A DNA stretch of 56,328 bases from positions 1-56,328 of IMG/VR virus record IMGVR_UViG_3300021963_000154. One strand, 5' to 3'. The DNA is from a virus. Its lineage: Duplodnaviria > Caudoviricetes. This document shows positions 54,459 to 56,328 of the stretch, in pieces. A program made the position numbers and the translations under genes. The stretch's first letter is position 1; every line of letters starts with the position of its first letter. Below the pieces are notes generated by a model that worked only from the letters and a program-made list of their open reading frames with translations, did no database searches and was not told the origin of the DNA.

Positions 54459-56156
54459 CTATTTTTTCCTGTATGGAGAGTTTGCAACCAAATCGCGCAT
54501 CGTTGCGCCATAGCGGTCAACAATGTCTGTGTATGATTTGTTTTTGCTGCTAAAGAAAGACGAGGTCGATGCTTTTGGATTTTTGTCAAAATAATCTTGT
54601 TGCGCTTCAGCCATCTCGCCCATGTATTTATTAGTAATAAGGTTTTTGCTTGCCAAGTACACAATAAACGACATCGGGTCTGTTGACTTAAATCCGGGCT
54701 TAGCCATCTCTTGCGCATCGTATGCGGAGATTTGCGGTCCGTAAATGTCTTTACCGGCTCGCATAATCGACTGATTAAGATCAGACATGAGCTGTATGAT
54801 ATTTCGCGCAACAGCTTGCTTTTCTGGATTAAGGGTTATTTTGTTCATTGCTTCAGTAACTGGGACTGACAATGATCCCATTGGAGTTGTTATCCCAGAC
54901 TCTGCAGCCTGAAGCAAAGCGTAGATTGGACCCTGATGAACAAGTTGACCAACGACATCTTGATGATCTTTCACTAGCTGAATCAATTCACGATTTTTCA
55001 GCTCGTTGGTTTGAACAGTGTTGTAATCAAATCCAGCCACAGTGTCATACTTTTTCTGAAACGATTCACCTCGTTTTGACGATGCTTCAGCTTGTTTCTG
55101 AAGAGCTAATTCCTCAGCTTTCTTGAAAATTTCCTGATCTACTTGCAGTTCCTTGGCAATAAAATCTCTAATGTCCTTAGGTCCATAATTTTCTGGAACA
55201 ACAATTTCCCTATTACTGGGCAACAGCCTATATTTATTCGGTGCTATCTGTACAACTCCAGCCTGAACAGCGTCTGTTTTTGGTGCAGATGCATCAGAAC
55301 TTGGACGAGTTATTGGCTGACCCTGAATTACAACTGGCTTATTTGTATCTGGGTCTGGTTGAGCTTTAATGTCAATGACATTACCGTCTGCATCACGAAC
55401 TACATACGGGCTGGTAGTGACATCATCTTGAGGAGTCTCTGCAGCAGCAGGAGGCTTACCAGTAGCGCGTGGTTGCCCAGCAGGAGGTTGTACTGTTTGC
55501 GCTGATGGTCCGCCTTGTCCGGGAGTCATGCCTCCCTGTAATCTCATAAAGCGATCTGTGACATCCTTTCCAAATTGATCATACATTTGAGCAATGGTCA
55601 TGTTCATCTTGGTGGCTTCAATCATAGCCTTGTAGCGCTCTACATCCATACCAGCGGCGTTCTTTACAACATCAGCAATTTTTGGATCAACCATTGCCAT
55701 TGCAGCGTAAGCATCTGGTGTAAATTTTGATCCAAGCCCAAAAAGTCCATTGCCTGTTTGCAAAGCTTTGGCGGCTGTTTGTGCATCAGGGAATCCCATC
55801 ATGTTAGCAAGCATCCCAAAAGCTCTTTGTTTGTTACCAACTTCAAGCTGCTGCCCAGCTAACTGCGCACGCATCTGAGCAACTGGCAACGCACGAGCCT
55901 CTTCAGCCTCTTGCTCTTTGCCAAGAACACCCATTGCGCGACCAAAGCCTTCGCTCCAATGACCAGTGCGACCGGGTTCAGCTAATGCTTGCGATATCTT
56001 GAACCAAGGAATATCACGAGGTTTCTCAATCGTAGACAATACTTTTGCAATCGCATCGTTAAATTTTTGCTGCGCCTCAGGGTCAGCCGCTCCAAACCCG
56101 CTTGGAGCAGGAGGTAATGCACCCGATACTGGAATTCCGTCAACTTTGGTAACCAT
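54459..56156 (-). CDS. Internal virion/ejection protein (565 aa)
   Basis: LAEPGRTG.WSE.FG, helical, C-terminal G.QIS..D motif; follows the pilot-like gene. Confidence 0.6.
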   Translation of the reverse strand: MVTKVDGIPVSGALPPAPSGFGAADPEAQQKFNDAIAKVLSTIEKPRDIPWFKISQALAEPGRTGHWSEGFGRAMGVLGKEQEAEEARALPVAQMRAQLAGQQLEVGNKQRAFGMLANMMGFPDAQTAAKALQTGNGLFGLGSKFTPDAYAAMAMVDPKIADVVKNAAGMDVERYKAMIEATKMNMTIAQMYDQFGKDVTDRFMRLQGGMTPGQGGPSAQTVQPPAGQPRATGKPPAAAETPQDDVTTSPYVVRDADGNVIDIKAQPDPDTNKPVVIQGQPITRPSSDASAPKTDAVQAGVVQIAPNKYRLLPSNREIVVPENYGPKDIRDFIAKELQVDQEIFKKAEELALQKQAEASSKRGESFQKKYDTVAGFDYNTVQTNELKNRELIQLVKDHQDVVGQLVHQGPIYALLQAAESGITTPMGSLSVPVTEAMNKITLNPEKQAVARNIIQLMSDLNQSIMRAGKDIYGPQISAYDAQEMAKPGFKSTDPMSFIVYLASKNLITNKYMGEMAEAQQDYFDKNPKASTSSFFSSKNKSYTDIVDRYGATMRDLVANSPYRKK

Positions 56157-56166
56157 GATTTATTCC

Positions 56167-56328
56167 TTAATCATTAGGGCTTAAGCCACCCAAGCCACTT
56201 AGCGCGTCGCCTGAAGATGTGCCACCGCTACTTCCAAACGTCTTGCTCAGCCAGTCGCCGATGTTTGTGATTGTGCTTGCGCCACCACCCGTTGGCGTTG
56301 CAAACAATCCAGCAATACCAGAGCCAAG
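56167..56328 (-). CDS. C-terminal part of the pilot-like protein that starts at 941
   Basis: Open frame LGSGIAGLFATPTGGG...GLGGLSPND* entering from the right edge; Gly-rich like the 1..941 segment. Confidence 0.65.
   Translation of the reverse strand, partial: LGSGIAGLFATPTGGGASTITNIGDWLSKTFGSSGGTSSGDALSGLGGLSPND

Noticed and set aside
1-56328. Lysogeny module, tRNAs, CRISPR array, prohead protease, and a firm host assignment
   Set aside because: None recognisable by eye. Gene content hints at a Gram-negative proteobacterial host, but this cannot be established without database comparison

Overview
This window looks like an essentially complete ~56.3 kb dsDNA tailed phage genome (podovirus-like Caudoviricetes), opened inside a virion ejection-protein gene: the ORF leaving position 1 appears to resume at the right end. 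Most genes are on the minus strand. Reading from 49.9 kb down, the order is Cro-like regulator, ParB-like protein, SF2 helicase, TOPRIM primase, RuvC-like resolvase, CmoA-like plus C5-cytosine transferase, small early genes, a ~0.55 kb structured non-coding region, terS, terL, two multidomain 'polyvalent' proteins, portal, GroES-like protein, scaffold, Tad2-like protein, capsid and head genes, tail fibres, lysis cassette, tail adaptor/nozzle, GNAT, and ejection proteins. A short plus-strand block (50.0-53.2 kb) carries an SSB-like protein and a PD-(D/E)XK exonuclease. I see no integrase, CI-like repressor, DNA/RNA polymerase, tRNA or CRISPR array. Four observations stand out. (1) A CmoA-like (carboxy-SAM synthase-like) gene is coupled to a C5 DNA methyltransferase whose motif-X Asn is replaced by Arg (LGRS instead of LGNS), which predicts DNA 5-carboxymethylcytosine. 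(2) A recurring [M/Y/L/K/R/A]-[A/K]-x-G-G peptide occurs about 25 times in seven head/ejection-region proteins. It brackets ART-like, ParB-like and glycosylase-like domains and may be a virion cargo-loading or processing signal. (3) A long structured non-coding RNA region with a c4-like 5' module lies upstream of terS. (4) A Tad2-like anti-defence sponge gene sits in the head cluster. All family assignments come from recognising motifs by eye; no database searches were run.
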